In this document: piece by piece, positions 33,102 to 41,059 of the stretch
Position numbering within the stretch: the stretch's first letter is position 1
Layout: every line of letters starts with the position of its first letter
Assembly (NCBI GenBank): GCA_903889965.1
Contig: CAISZM010000084.1
Location: forward strand, 15,503 to 79,502
DNA from: an uncultured Elusimicrobia bacterium
Lineage (GTDB): Bacteria; Elusimicrobiota; Elusimicrobia; Elusimicrobiales; UBA9959
Reading direction: 5' to 3'
Length of the DNA stretch: 64,000 bases
Program-made: the position numbers and the translations under genes
Notes under the pieces: model-generated
Database searches by the model: none
What the model saw: the letters and a program-made list of their open reading frames with translations, nothing else
What the model was told of the DNA's origin: nothing

Positions 33102-34046
33102 TTAAGGCACGCAGATATCGCAGGAAGAGTCCTCGACCGGCTCGCTTTCCACCTGGAACACGGAATGGTGTATACCGAAGACGGCAGCCACCGAGCAGGT
33201 GGCGGTTTTAAGCGCAGCCTGCTGCTTGGCGGGGTCCTTTACCACCAGGTGCGCGCTAACCGCGTTAAAACCGGAGGAAAGGCTCCAGGCGTGCAGTTCG
33301 TGGACATCGGAAACGCCGTCTATGCCGCGCAGGCTCTTTTTAAGGATAGCGAGGGAAAGGCCTTTAGGAGCGCCCTCCATAAGTATATGGAAAGCCTCTA
33401 TCAGCAGCCTGGTGGAACTGAACAGGATAAGACCTATTATGAGGAGGGAAACGATGGTGTCGGCCCTGTACCAGCCGGTGAAGTAAATTATCAACCCGGC
33501 CGCGATAGCGGCCACGGAACCGGCCAGGTCGCTCAAAACGTGGAGGAAGGCCCCGCGTATGTTGATGTTCTCACCGCTGTGCCCGCGCAATATCCAGGCG
33601 CAGACGATATTAGCAAGCAAGCCGACAAAGGCCACTAAAAGCATCGGGACGGACAGCACCGGCACGGGATCATAAAAGCGCCCGTAAACTTCGCGCAGCA
33701 TGTAACCGGACAATATCCACAGCAGCATGGCGTTGCCCAGCGCCGCTACCACCTCTACCCGGCGGTAGCCATAGGTGCGCGCCGAATCCGGCCTGAGCGC
33801 GGACAGGCGCGCGGCGAAAAAACTCATCCCGAGCGCGGCCGCGTCCGTCAGCATGTGCATGGAGTCGCTTAAAAGCGCCATGCTGCCCGTGAGCAGGCCG
33901 CCGGCCGCCTCCACCAGCATGAAGCCGGCGGTTATCAGGAAAGCGGCTGTCAGTGCCCTGCGCTGCGAATGCGCGCCATGCGAGCTTCCATGGTCGTGAG
34001 AGCATGATCCCCCATGCGCATTATCGTGGTTGTGCTGGTGACCCAT
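33102..34046 (-). CDS. cation diffusion facilitator family transporter (CzcD/ZitB-like)
   Basis: His-rich N-terminus, then TM helices with LLSDSMHMLTD and HVLSDLAGS motifs, and a C-terminal cytoplasmic domain. Confidence 0.85.
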   Translation of the reverse strand: MGHQHNHDNAHGGSCSHDHGSSHGAHSQRRALTAAFLITAGFMLVEAAGGLLTGSMALLSDSMHMLTDAAALGMSFFAARLSALRPDSARTYGYRRVEVVAALGNAMLLWILSGYMLREVYGRFYDPVPVLSVPMLLVAFVGLLANIVCAWILRGHSGENINIRGAFLHVLSDLAGSVAAIAAGLIIYFTGWYRADTIVSLLIIGLILFSSTRLLIEAFHILMEGAPKGLSLAILKKSLRGIDGVSDVHELHAWSLSSGFNAVSAHLVVKDPAKQQAALKTATCSVAAVFGIHHSVFQVESEPVEDSSCDICVP

Positions 34047-34099
34047 ACATGGATTATATTAATTTACACAACCGCCTATGCTAAAATATTAGCCTGACC

Positions 34100-35059
34100 A
34101 TGCTGAATACCGCACAGGATATAGAAGCCTCGCTTCGCTCGGTAAACGACGATATAGCTTCCGCCCTGGGGGATATAGCCCCGGAAGTTTTCGACTTCAA
34201 GAAATTCCCCTTCAGCGCCATAGGCAAGGCCGCCCGGGCCAGGTTCACGCTGCTGGCCTCCGGCGCGCTGGGCGCCGGTCGGGTGCGCGCCGAAAAAGCC
34301 GCCGCGGCGGCCGAATTAACGCATACGGCCTCGCTGCTGCACGACGACTGCCTGGACACGGCGCGCTACCGCCGCGGCCTGCCCACCCTGTACGACCAGC
34401 TGGGGGCGAACTCCGCGATATTGGTGGGAGATCTGCTTATAGCTATAGCCTTTGACAGGGCAGGATGCGCCGCGCCGGAACTCCAGGCGGAACTGGTATA
34501 CACCGTCAGGCGCATGACGGAAGGCGCCCTGATAGAAGAAAATTCCCGGGGCAAAAAGATATCCGCGTCCGAAGCCGAGCGCATGATCTCGCTAAAAACC
34601 GGCGCTTTGTTCCGCTGGTGCGCCCTGGCCGCCTGCCATGTAGCCGGCCGGCCAGGACTCGCGGAAACCTGCGCAAGGATAGGTAGCGAGACGGGCTCGG
34701 CCTTCCAGGTGATAGACGACGTGCTGGATTTTGAGGGAGACTCCGGAGCCTGCGGCAAAGAAACGCTGAAAGACATAAAGGAAGGCAAATTAACGCTGCC
34801 GCTTATACTGGCGCTTAACGACGGCGAAGCCGGACCGGCGGCGGAGGAAATGCTGGCCGCCATGAAGTCCGGGCCGGACGCCGGTACCGGTGCGGCTCTT
34901 GCCAGGCTGGTGATAGAGGGCGGTTTTGCCGGCGCCGCGCGGGCGGCCGCGGTGAAAAGGCTTAACGCTCTTTCTCCCCTTGTAGACACACTCCCGAACG
35001 CGGAAGGCGCCGCTGCGCTCAAAGATTTCCTTCTGGCCCTGGGCGGGCGCAAGGCGTGA
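34100..35059 (+). CDS. polyprenyl diphosphate synthase (trans-IPPS, long-chain type)
   Basis: First DDxxD-type motif LLHDDCLD and second motif FQVIDDVLDF. Confidence 0.8.
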   Translation: MLNTAQDIEASLRSVNDDIASALGDIAPEVFDFKKFPFSAIGKAARARFTLLASGALGAGRVRAEKAAAAAELTHTASLLHDDCLDTARYRRGLPTLYDQLGANSAILVGDLLIAIAFDRAGCAAPELQAELVYTVRRMTEGALIEENSRGKKISASEAERMISLKTGALFRWCALAACHVAGRPGLAETCARIGSETGSAFQVIDDVLDFEGDSGACGKETLKDIKEGKLTLPLILALNDGEAGPAAEEMLAAMKSGPDAGTGAALARLVIEGGFAGAARAAAVKRLNALSPLVDTLPNAEGAAALKDFLLALGGRKA

Positions 35060-35081
35060 ACAGGCCAAAGAGCCGATCCTT

Positions 35082-35930
35082 ATGAAAAAATGGTTCATTA
35101 TCCTCCGGGCGTATTCCTGGCCGGCCTCGATTGTGCCGGTGGCGCTGGGGTCGGTAACTGCCTGGCGGCACGGCGCATTTTCGCCGCTTAATTTTACTCT
35201 TACCCTCACTGCCGCCCTGCTCGTGCACTCGGCCGCCAACCTCGCCAATACGTATTTCGACTTCAGGAAAGGGGTGGACCGCAAAGAGACCGCCGACGAC
35301 CGGGGCCTCGTGGACGGCCTCATCTCCCCCGCCTCCATGCTGAAGCTCTCGCTCGGGCTTTTCGCCGCCGGCGGGGCGCTGGGCTTGCTGCTCATCTTGA
35401 AGAACCGCGTTCCGGCCCTGCTGTGGATCGGGGCCGGCGGCTTCGCGCTGGCCTGGTTTTATACCGCGACCGGCTTCGCGTACAAATACCGCGCGCTCGG
35501 CGAAGCGGGGATATTTTTAACCTTCGGCCCCGGCATAGTCTGCGGCACCGCCCTTATACAAACCGGCGCTTTCGTCCCGGAGGCACTCTGGGCATCCGTC
35601 CCGGCGGGCCTGCTAATAGTGGCCATACTGCACGCGAATAATATGCGGGATATCAGGAGCGACCTGGAGTCCGAATTCACCACGCTTGCCGCCGCGCTGG
35701 GCGGGGACAAGGCGACAAAATTTTACTACGCGCTGATATTTATACCCTACCTGTTCCCGCTCACCTTCACCAGCGTGCGGCCGGCTGTTTTCTGCGCATT
35801 GTCCATACCTTTAGCCGTCAAGCTGAAAGGCATGGCCGCCAAGGGCGATTTTTCAGCGCTGGTCCCGCAAACGGCGAAGTTGGTTGCGGTATACGGCCTG
35901 TTGCTCACCGCCGGCCTCTACTTCGCCTGA
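35082..35930 (+). CDS. menA: UbiA-family prenyltransferase, MenA-like (1,4-dihydroxy-2-naphthoate polyprenyltransferase)
   Basis: 282 aa polytopic protein with NTYFDFRKGVD and HANNMRDIRSD motifs. Adjacent to the polyprenyl synthase. Confidence 0.65.
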   Translation: MKKWFIILRAYSWPASIVPVALGSVTAWRHGAFSPLNFTLTLTAALLVHSAANLANTYFDFRKGVDRKETADDRGLVDGLISPASMLKLSLGLFAAGGALGLLLILKNRVPALLWIGAGGFALAWFYTATGFAYKYRALGEAGIFLTFGPGIVCGTALIQTGAFVPEALWASVPAGLLIVAILHANNMRDIRSDLESEFTTLAAALGGDKATKFYYALIFIPYLFPLTFTSVRPAVFCALSIPLAVKLKGMAAKGDFSALVPQTAKLVAVYGLLLTAGLYFA

Positions 35931-36055
35931 GAACGGCCCGGGTCCCGCTCCCGGGCGCCTATTGTAAAGACGTGAAAATTTTTATAGATTATCTATGGGA
36001 TCGCCCCGCGGTTCGCATGATTTTACAGCTGAAAGTTTAACGGAGGCACATAATA

Positions 36056-36616
36056 ATGAAGAAATATACGCTGCTCCTGGCCCTGCCGCTCCTGGCGGCC
36101 TTAACGATTTCGTCCTGCGTCAATAAGAATAAAAAGATCACCCCGGCTAACACCACCACTCCGGCCGCCGGCCCGAACATGGTCACGGATATTCCCGCGA
36201 TACAGGGAGTGGACATGCAGGAGAGCACCTCCACCCTGACAACGGAAGGCGACATACGCGGCGGGGAATTCACGCCGCAAGCCGACATAAAGACCGTCAA
36301 TTTCGACTATGACCGCTACGAGCTCTCCGATGAAATGCGGCAGATCCTGCAGGAGAACGCCACGCTGATAAAAGCGCGCAAGGATATGTCGATACTCGTG
36401 GAAGGCCACTGCGACGACCGCGGCACCACCGAGTACAACCTGGCCCTGGGCCAGAAGAGGGCGAGTTCGGTGCGCGACTACTACGTACGCCTGGGAGTGC
36501 CGGAAAATTCTATCGGTACCATCTCCTACGGCGAGGAAAAACCCCTCTGCACGGAAGCGACGGACGCCTGCTGGCTCCAGAACCGCCGCGCCGAAACAAA
36601 GACCAAAGGGAAATAA
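36056..36616 (+). CDS. pal: peptidoglycan-associated lipoprotein (OmpA-family C-terminal domain)
   Basis: Lipobox (LTISSC). OmpA-like domain VNFDYDRYEL...VEGHCDDRGTTEYNLALGQKRA...NRRAE. Confidence 0.85.
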   Translation: MKKYTLLLALPLLAALTISSCVNKNKKITPANTTTPAAGPNMVTDIPAIQGVDMQESTSTLTTEGDIRGGEFTPQADIKTVNFDYDRYELSDEMRQILQENATLIKARKDMSILVEGHCDDRGTTEYNLALGQKRASSVRDYYVRLGVPENSIGTISYGEEKPLCTEATDACWLQNRRAETKTKGK

Positions 36617-37444
36617 ATGCCGTCAAAAAAACTATTTTTGCTGCCGTTCCTCCTGCTGGCCGCCGGCTGCGTCGCCACGCAGCAGGACATGCTGCAGATG
36701 CAGAGCCAGATGGACGACCTCAATAACAGCCTGAGCACGATGCAGAAGAACCAGGCGGAACTGGCCGTCAAAATGGACAACCTTTCAAAGAACCTCAACG
36801 CGTCCTCCGAAAACATGAAGGACATCTCCGCGCAGATGGAAAAGCTCTCCGGCCGTCTCGACGATATGGACACCGCGATGAGCCGCCGCGTGAACGCCAT
36901 AGGCCAGACCATAAAGAAACAGCAGGAAGAGGTTGAGACCGCGCTGCTGCCCGGCAAGCTCTATGACGGCGCCCGCAGCGCTTTTCTGAATTACAACTTC
37001 GAGGGCGCAGCCGCAGGCTTCAAGTCTTACCTGGCCAAATTCCCCAACGGGGATATGGCCGAAAGCGCTTATTTCTACCTCGCGGAATCACTTTACCTGA
37101 AAGAAAACTGGCAGGACGCAGCGCTGGCGTACGCCACCGTCCTGGACAAATTCCCCAAATCCCCGAGAGTCCCGGACGCGCGCCTTAAATACGCGATGTG
37201 TCTGATGAAACTCCCCGGGGATAAGAAGGATGAGGCGCTGAAATACCTGCAGTCGGTCGTAAAAGACTTCCCGTCCTCGCAGGAAGCCAAGACCGCCCAG
37301 GACTACATAGACAAGCTCTCTCCCCCGAAGCCGGCCCCGGCGCCGGTTAAGGCTCCGGTCAAGACCACAACTAAAACTCCGGCAAAAACTTCCGTTAAAA
37401 CCCCGGCAAAAACCACCGTAGCGGCGGCCAAGAAGAAAGGGTGA
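36617..37444 (+). CDS. cpoB: Tol-Pal system protein YbgF/CpoB-like (lipoprotein form) with a Lys/Pro/Thr-rich C-terminal tail
   Basis: Lipobox LLLAAGC, an N-terminal coiled coil, and TPR-type C-terminal repeats (AESAYFYLAESLYLKENWQDAALAYATVLDKFPKSPRVPDARLKYAMC). Confidence 0.7.
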   Translation: MPSKKLFLLPFLLLAAGCVATQQDMLQMQSQMDDLNNSLSTMQKNQAELAVKMDNLSKNLNASSENMKDISAQMEKLSGRLDDMDTAMSRRVNAIGQTIKKQQEEVETALLPGKLYDGARSAFLNYNFEGAAAGFKSYLAKFPNGDMAESAYFYLAESLYLKENWQDAALAYATVLDKFPKSPRVPDARLKYAMCLMKLPGDKKDEALKYLQSVVKDFPSSQEAKTAQDYIDKLSPPKPAPAPVKAPVKTTTKTPAKTSVKTPAKTTVAAAKKKG

Positions 37445-38739
37445 CGACCGCCATGAAAGCGCTACTGGCACTTGCTGTCGCTTTCCTGGTCCTTCCCCCG
37501 GGCGCGTCCGCGGCGACCGACGTATACATAGGCATTTCACCGGGACAGGAAGCGCCCAAAACCGCTTTGGCCCTGGCGAAGTTTTTGCCAGAAAGGCCCG
37601 ACAGTCCGGAAGACCTGGCCATGGCGGAGTCTTTCCGGGACGTGGTCCGCGCCGACCTGATGTACTCGCGGTATTTCGACATTAAAGAAGACCCCCTTTC
37701 CCCAGCCAACCTTGACTCCAGCCCGGAATCGCTCGCGTACTGGAAAGCCCTGGCCGGCCAGCTGATCACCGGCAAGGTAGAGGACACCGGGACGGTCTGG
37801 ACCTTCACCGCGCGCCTCCACGATCTCAATACAGGCGCGGTCGTTGACAAATTCTACCGCGGTGAAAAGAGGGCCATGCGCCGCGCCGCGCATATCTTCT
37901 CGGACGAAATTATCCAGCGCCTGACAGGGCACGCCGGGATAGCGCATTCCAAACTCGCCTTTGCCAACAATTCAAGCGGGAGCAAGGAAATATACCTTAT
38001 AGACTATGACGGCGAGAACCTTACCCGCCTCACTTCAGACAACAGCATAAACCTGCTGCCGCGCTGGTCCCAGGACGCTTCCAAGATCTACTACACCACC
38101 TACCGCTGGGGCAACCCGGACATGTTCGAGATAGACCTGAAGGCCGGCAAGATACGCCCTTTCACGACCATACAGGGACTGAACATTCCCGGCGGCCTCT
38201 CCCCGGACGGCCTGACGATGGTCATGACGCTTTCGCGCGGCAAAGACCCGAACATCTACTCGCTTGACGTGGCCAGCAGGGAATTGACGAAACTGCTGAA
38301 GGATTTCGGCGTCAGTTCCTCGCCCACCTGGTCACCCGACGGCAAGCAGGTCGCTTTCGTGTCCGACCGCTCCGGAAACCCCCAGATCTACATACTGGAC
38401 ATGGCCACCGGCAATACACGCCGCCTGACGAGGATGAACTGGTGCGACTCCCCGTCCTGGTCGGCTTCCGGTGATGGGATAGTATTTTCCGGGAGAGAAA
38501 CCCCCAGGGAGAGCCTGAATATTTTTATCACCGACCTGACCGGCAGCCAGATACGCCGCCTGACCGACAAGGCCGGATCTAACGAGGACCCCTCCTGGTC
38601 GCCGGACGGCAGGTTCGTGGCCTTCACTTCCACACGCAGGGGCAGGCGCGAGATATTCATGATGGACGCGGACGGCAGCGCCCCCCACCCGCTGGTCGAT
38701 CTGCCCGGGCAGTCTTACACCCCGAATTGGAGCCCCTGA
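37441..38739 (+). CDS. tolB: Tol-Pal system beta-propeller protein TolB
   Basis: Signal peptide, TolB_N-like domain, then repeated PD40 motifs (SPTWSPDGKQVAFVSDRSGNPQIY; DPSWSPDGRFVAFTS). The start is either GTG 37441 (overlapping the cpoB stop) or ATG 37453. Confidence 0.85.
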   Translation: MTTAMKALLALAVAFLVLPPGASAATDVYIGISPGQEAPKTALALAKFLPERPDSPEDLAMAESFRDVVRADLMYSRYFDIKEDPLSPANLDSSPESLAYWKALAGQLITGKVEDTGTVWTFTARLHDLNTGAVVDKFYRGEKRAMRRAAHIFSDEIIQRLTGHAGIAHSKLAFANNSSGSKEIYLIDYDGENLTRLTSDNSINLLPRWSQDASKIYYTTYRWGNPDMFEIDLKAGKIRPFTTIQGLNIPGGLSPDGLTMVMTLSRGKDPNIYSLDVASRELTKLLKDFGVSSSPTWSPDGKQVAFVSDRSGNPQIYILDMATGNTRRLTRMNWCDSPSWSASGDGIVFSGRETPRESLNIFITDLTGSQIRRLTDKAGSNEDPSWSPDGRFVAFTSTRRGRREIFMMDADGSAPHPLVDLPGQSYTPNWSP

Positions 38740-38764
38740 AGATACGGCAGCGACGGCGTACGAT

Positions 38765-38794
38765 AAAAAAACCGGGACAAGTCCCGGTTTTTTT
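38765..38794. terminator. bidirectional rho-independent terminator (A7-CCGGGA-CAAG-TCCCGG-T7)
   Basis: Perfect hairpin flanked by an A-run and a T-run, between convergent tolB and the transposase fragment. Confidence 0.7.
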
Positions 38795-38813
38795 ATTCAC
38801 GATACTTTGTCCG

Positions 38814-39335
38814 TCAGCGGGTGAACTTTCCCAGCAGGCTGCCCAGCTGCCGCGCCGGCCACCTGACGACGGAAGACCAGAAACCGCCGGGTTCCTGAGC
38901 CGGGCGGGCGAGGCGGAATTTGAGGTCGCGGTTTCCCTTGAGCGCGGCATACAATTCGGTCTCAAGCAGCGCCATGAACTCCGGCCCCAGCCGTTTGCGG
39001 CGCTCAGAAAGCATGCCGGGGTTTACAACGTCCTCAAGCGCGAAATATTCCTGCCCGCAGAAAGCCTGTATATACGGGCTTTCCATGAACTCCGCCACGG
39101 CCTCGTCGTCCGAAAGGTTCTTGAGCTGCTTGACGGCCAGCAGGCCGCAGACAAGACGCGAATCCTTGGCGGGGCGTCCGTAGCCTTCCGAAAAATGCCT
39201 GCCGTACCCGGCGTCAAGTTTTTCCCATGGCATAACCTCGGCCAGCTTTAGCCACCGGTTGCCCTCCGCCAGTTTGCCTCCCAGGTGGAATAATTTTCCG
39301 AACAGCGAGGGATTGAATTTTTCAGATCTGTACAT
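38814..39335 (-). mobile_element. truncated IS5/IS1182-type transposase: only the InsH-like N-terminal (DUF772) domain, no DDE domain
   Basis: 173 aa ORF with GRPAKDSRLVCGLLAVKQLKNLSDDEAVAEFMESPYIQAFCG. There is no room for a catalytic domain before the tolB terminator. Confidence 0.65.
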
Positions 39336-39362
39336 ATTTGTGGCGCGTGAATTTCGCTCGCG

Positions 39363-39926
39363 CTATTTTTCCGGCTTAAAGCACTTGCGGCAGCGCGCTT
39401 CGTACTTGTCGCCGGACCCTACCTCTATGCGGCACTCGGAATCGGTCAGGCGCTGGCTAAAATGCGCCGGGTTGCCGCAGACCATGCAGATGGCAAGGTT
39501 CTTGGTTACGAACTCGGACACGGCCATAAGCTTGGCCATGTTATTGAAGGGCTCTCCCCTGTAATCCTGATCCAGGCCCGCCACTATCACGCGGCGTCCG
39601 GAATTGGCCAGCTTTTGCGCGACCCCCACTATTTCGTCGCCGAAGAAATGCGCCTCGTCTATGCCGACCACCTGCGTCTCGGGGAGCACCTCCTTCAATA
39701 TTTCCTTGGCGGTTTTCACCGGCCGGGCCGCCAGCGTGGACTTATCATGCGAAACAAGGTGCTCCTTGGAGTAGCGCACGTCCAGGTGGGAATTAAAGAC
39801 CTGTACCTTCTGCCTGGCTATGCTCGCAAGTTTCAGGCGGCGTATCAGTTCCTGTGTTTTGCCGGAGAACATGCTGCCGCACACCACCTCTATCCAGCCG
39901 GACGACGCTGAAACGTTGAATATCAT
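39363..39926 (-). CDS. tdk: thymidine kinase
   Basis: P-loop GSMFSGKT and a C-terminal Zn-ribbon Cys pairs. ATG 39926 overlaps the upstream TGA (ATGA). Stop codon is TAG. Confidence 0.9.
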   Translation of the reverse strand: MIFNVSASSGWIEVVCGSMFSGKTQELIRRLKLASIARQKVQVFNSHLDVRYSKEHLVSHDKSTLAARPVKTAKEILKEVLPETQVVGIDEAHFFGDEIVGVAQKLANSGRRVIVAGLDQDYRGEPFNNMAKLMAVSEFVTKNLAICMVCGNPAHFSQRLTDSECRIEVGSGDKYEARCRKCFKPEK

Positions 39927-40873
39927 TTTACCCCCCACTTTTTGGAAAAGTAATCCCAGGTAAGCCGGAGCCCTTCCGGGAACAGCACCAAAGGTTTGAA
40001 GCCCAGCACTTTCCTGGCGAGGGAAATATCGGCGTAGGTCTTGCGTATATCCCCTTTGCGTTTGGGCAGGAATCTTTTTTCTATCTTCCGGCCGAGTATC
40101 TTTTCAAGCTCCCGCGCCATATCAAGGAGCGAAATATTAGACCCGGTGGCGAGGTTGATGGTTAGCCCGGAAACGCCGCCCGCGAGCGCCGCGCGGATAT
40201 TCCCGTCCACGACATTGGACACATAGGTGAAGTCGCGGGACTGGCGTCCGTCCCAGTGTATTTCGAGCGGTTCGCCGGCGAGCGCAAGTTCCATGAAGCG
40301 CGGGATGACGGCCGAATAGACCGATTCAGGGTTCTGCCTGGGACCGAAAACGTTAAAATAACGCAGCGCGACGGTTTCAAGGCCGAAGGTCCTGGCGTAG
40401 ACGCGGCAGTAGTGCTCTCCCGCAAGTTTGCTTACGGCATAGGGCGACAAAGGAGCGGTGGGGAGGGTTTCTTTCTGAGGAAAGATATCGCAATCCCCGT
40501 AAGCGGAACTGGTGGCCGCGTAGACGAAACGCTTTACCCCGGCGGCCTTCGCCGCCATCAGCGCGTTCAGCGTGCCGGTGGCGTTATTATCGTTGGCGGC
40601 GCGCGGGTTGTCCACGGACTTGGGCACCGAGCGGAAAGCCGCCTGGTGCAGCGCGTAAACAACTCCCTTCATCGCCCGGGCTATATCCTTAGGCTCGCGC
40701 AGGTCGCCCTTTATGAATTCCAGCTTCCCCTTGAAGGGGGCCAGATTCTCCGCCTTGCCGGTTGAAAGATTATCGAACACCCGCACCCGGCATTTGCGCC
40801 TCAGCAGTTCTTCCACGATATTTGAACCGATAAAGCCGGCGCCGCCGGTAACGAGCCAAAGAGGTTTTTTCAT
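39923..40873 (-). CDS. NAD-dependent nucleotide-sugar epimerase/dehydratase (extended SDR, WbpP/TviC-like)
   Basis: GGAGFIGSN Rossmann motif, the YxxxK region (YAVSKLAGEHY), 316 aa. Confidence 0.8.
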   Translation of the reverse strand: MKKPLWLVTGGAGFIGSNIVEELLRRKCRVRVFDNLSTGKAENLAPFKGKLEFIKGDLREPKDIARAMKGVVYALHQAAFRSVPKSVDNPRAANDNNATGTLNALMAAKAAGVKRFVYAATSSAYGDCDIFPQKETLPTAPLSPYAVSKLAGEHYCRVYARTFGLETVALRYFNVFGPRQNPESVYSAVIPRFMELALAGEPLEIHWDGRQSRDFTYVSNVVDGNIRAALAGGVSGLTINLATGSNISLLDMARELEKILGRKIEKRFLPKRKGDIRKTYADISLARKVLGFKPLVLFPEGLRLTWDYFSKKWGVK

Positions 40874-41059
40874 AGATTCGCCTTACCCCGCTCATAGTTT
40901 ATCATTTTCAAAATCATCTTTGAAACCGGCCCTTACCCGGCGAGTGGCGGTGTTTCAGATCCGCCCCGCGGTACTGAATCGCGGGAATGTCGCGGCGGGC
41001 CAGGCGGGCATTCCCCACCCCCCGAGCCGTTCAATCCGTGTTTAAAGCGATACGGAGGT

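Noticed and set aside
38814-39335. An active insertion sequence.
   Set aside because: Only the N-terminal DNA-binding-type domain is present. There is no DDE domain and I could find no flanking inverted repeats.
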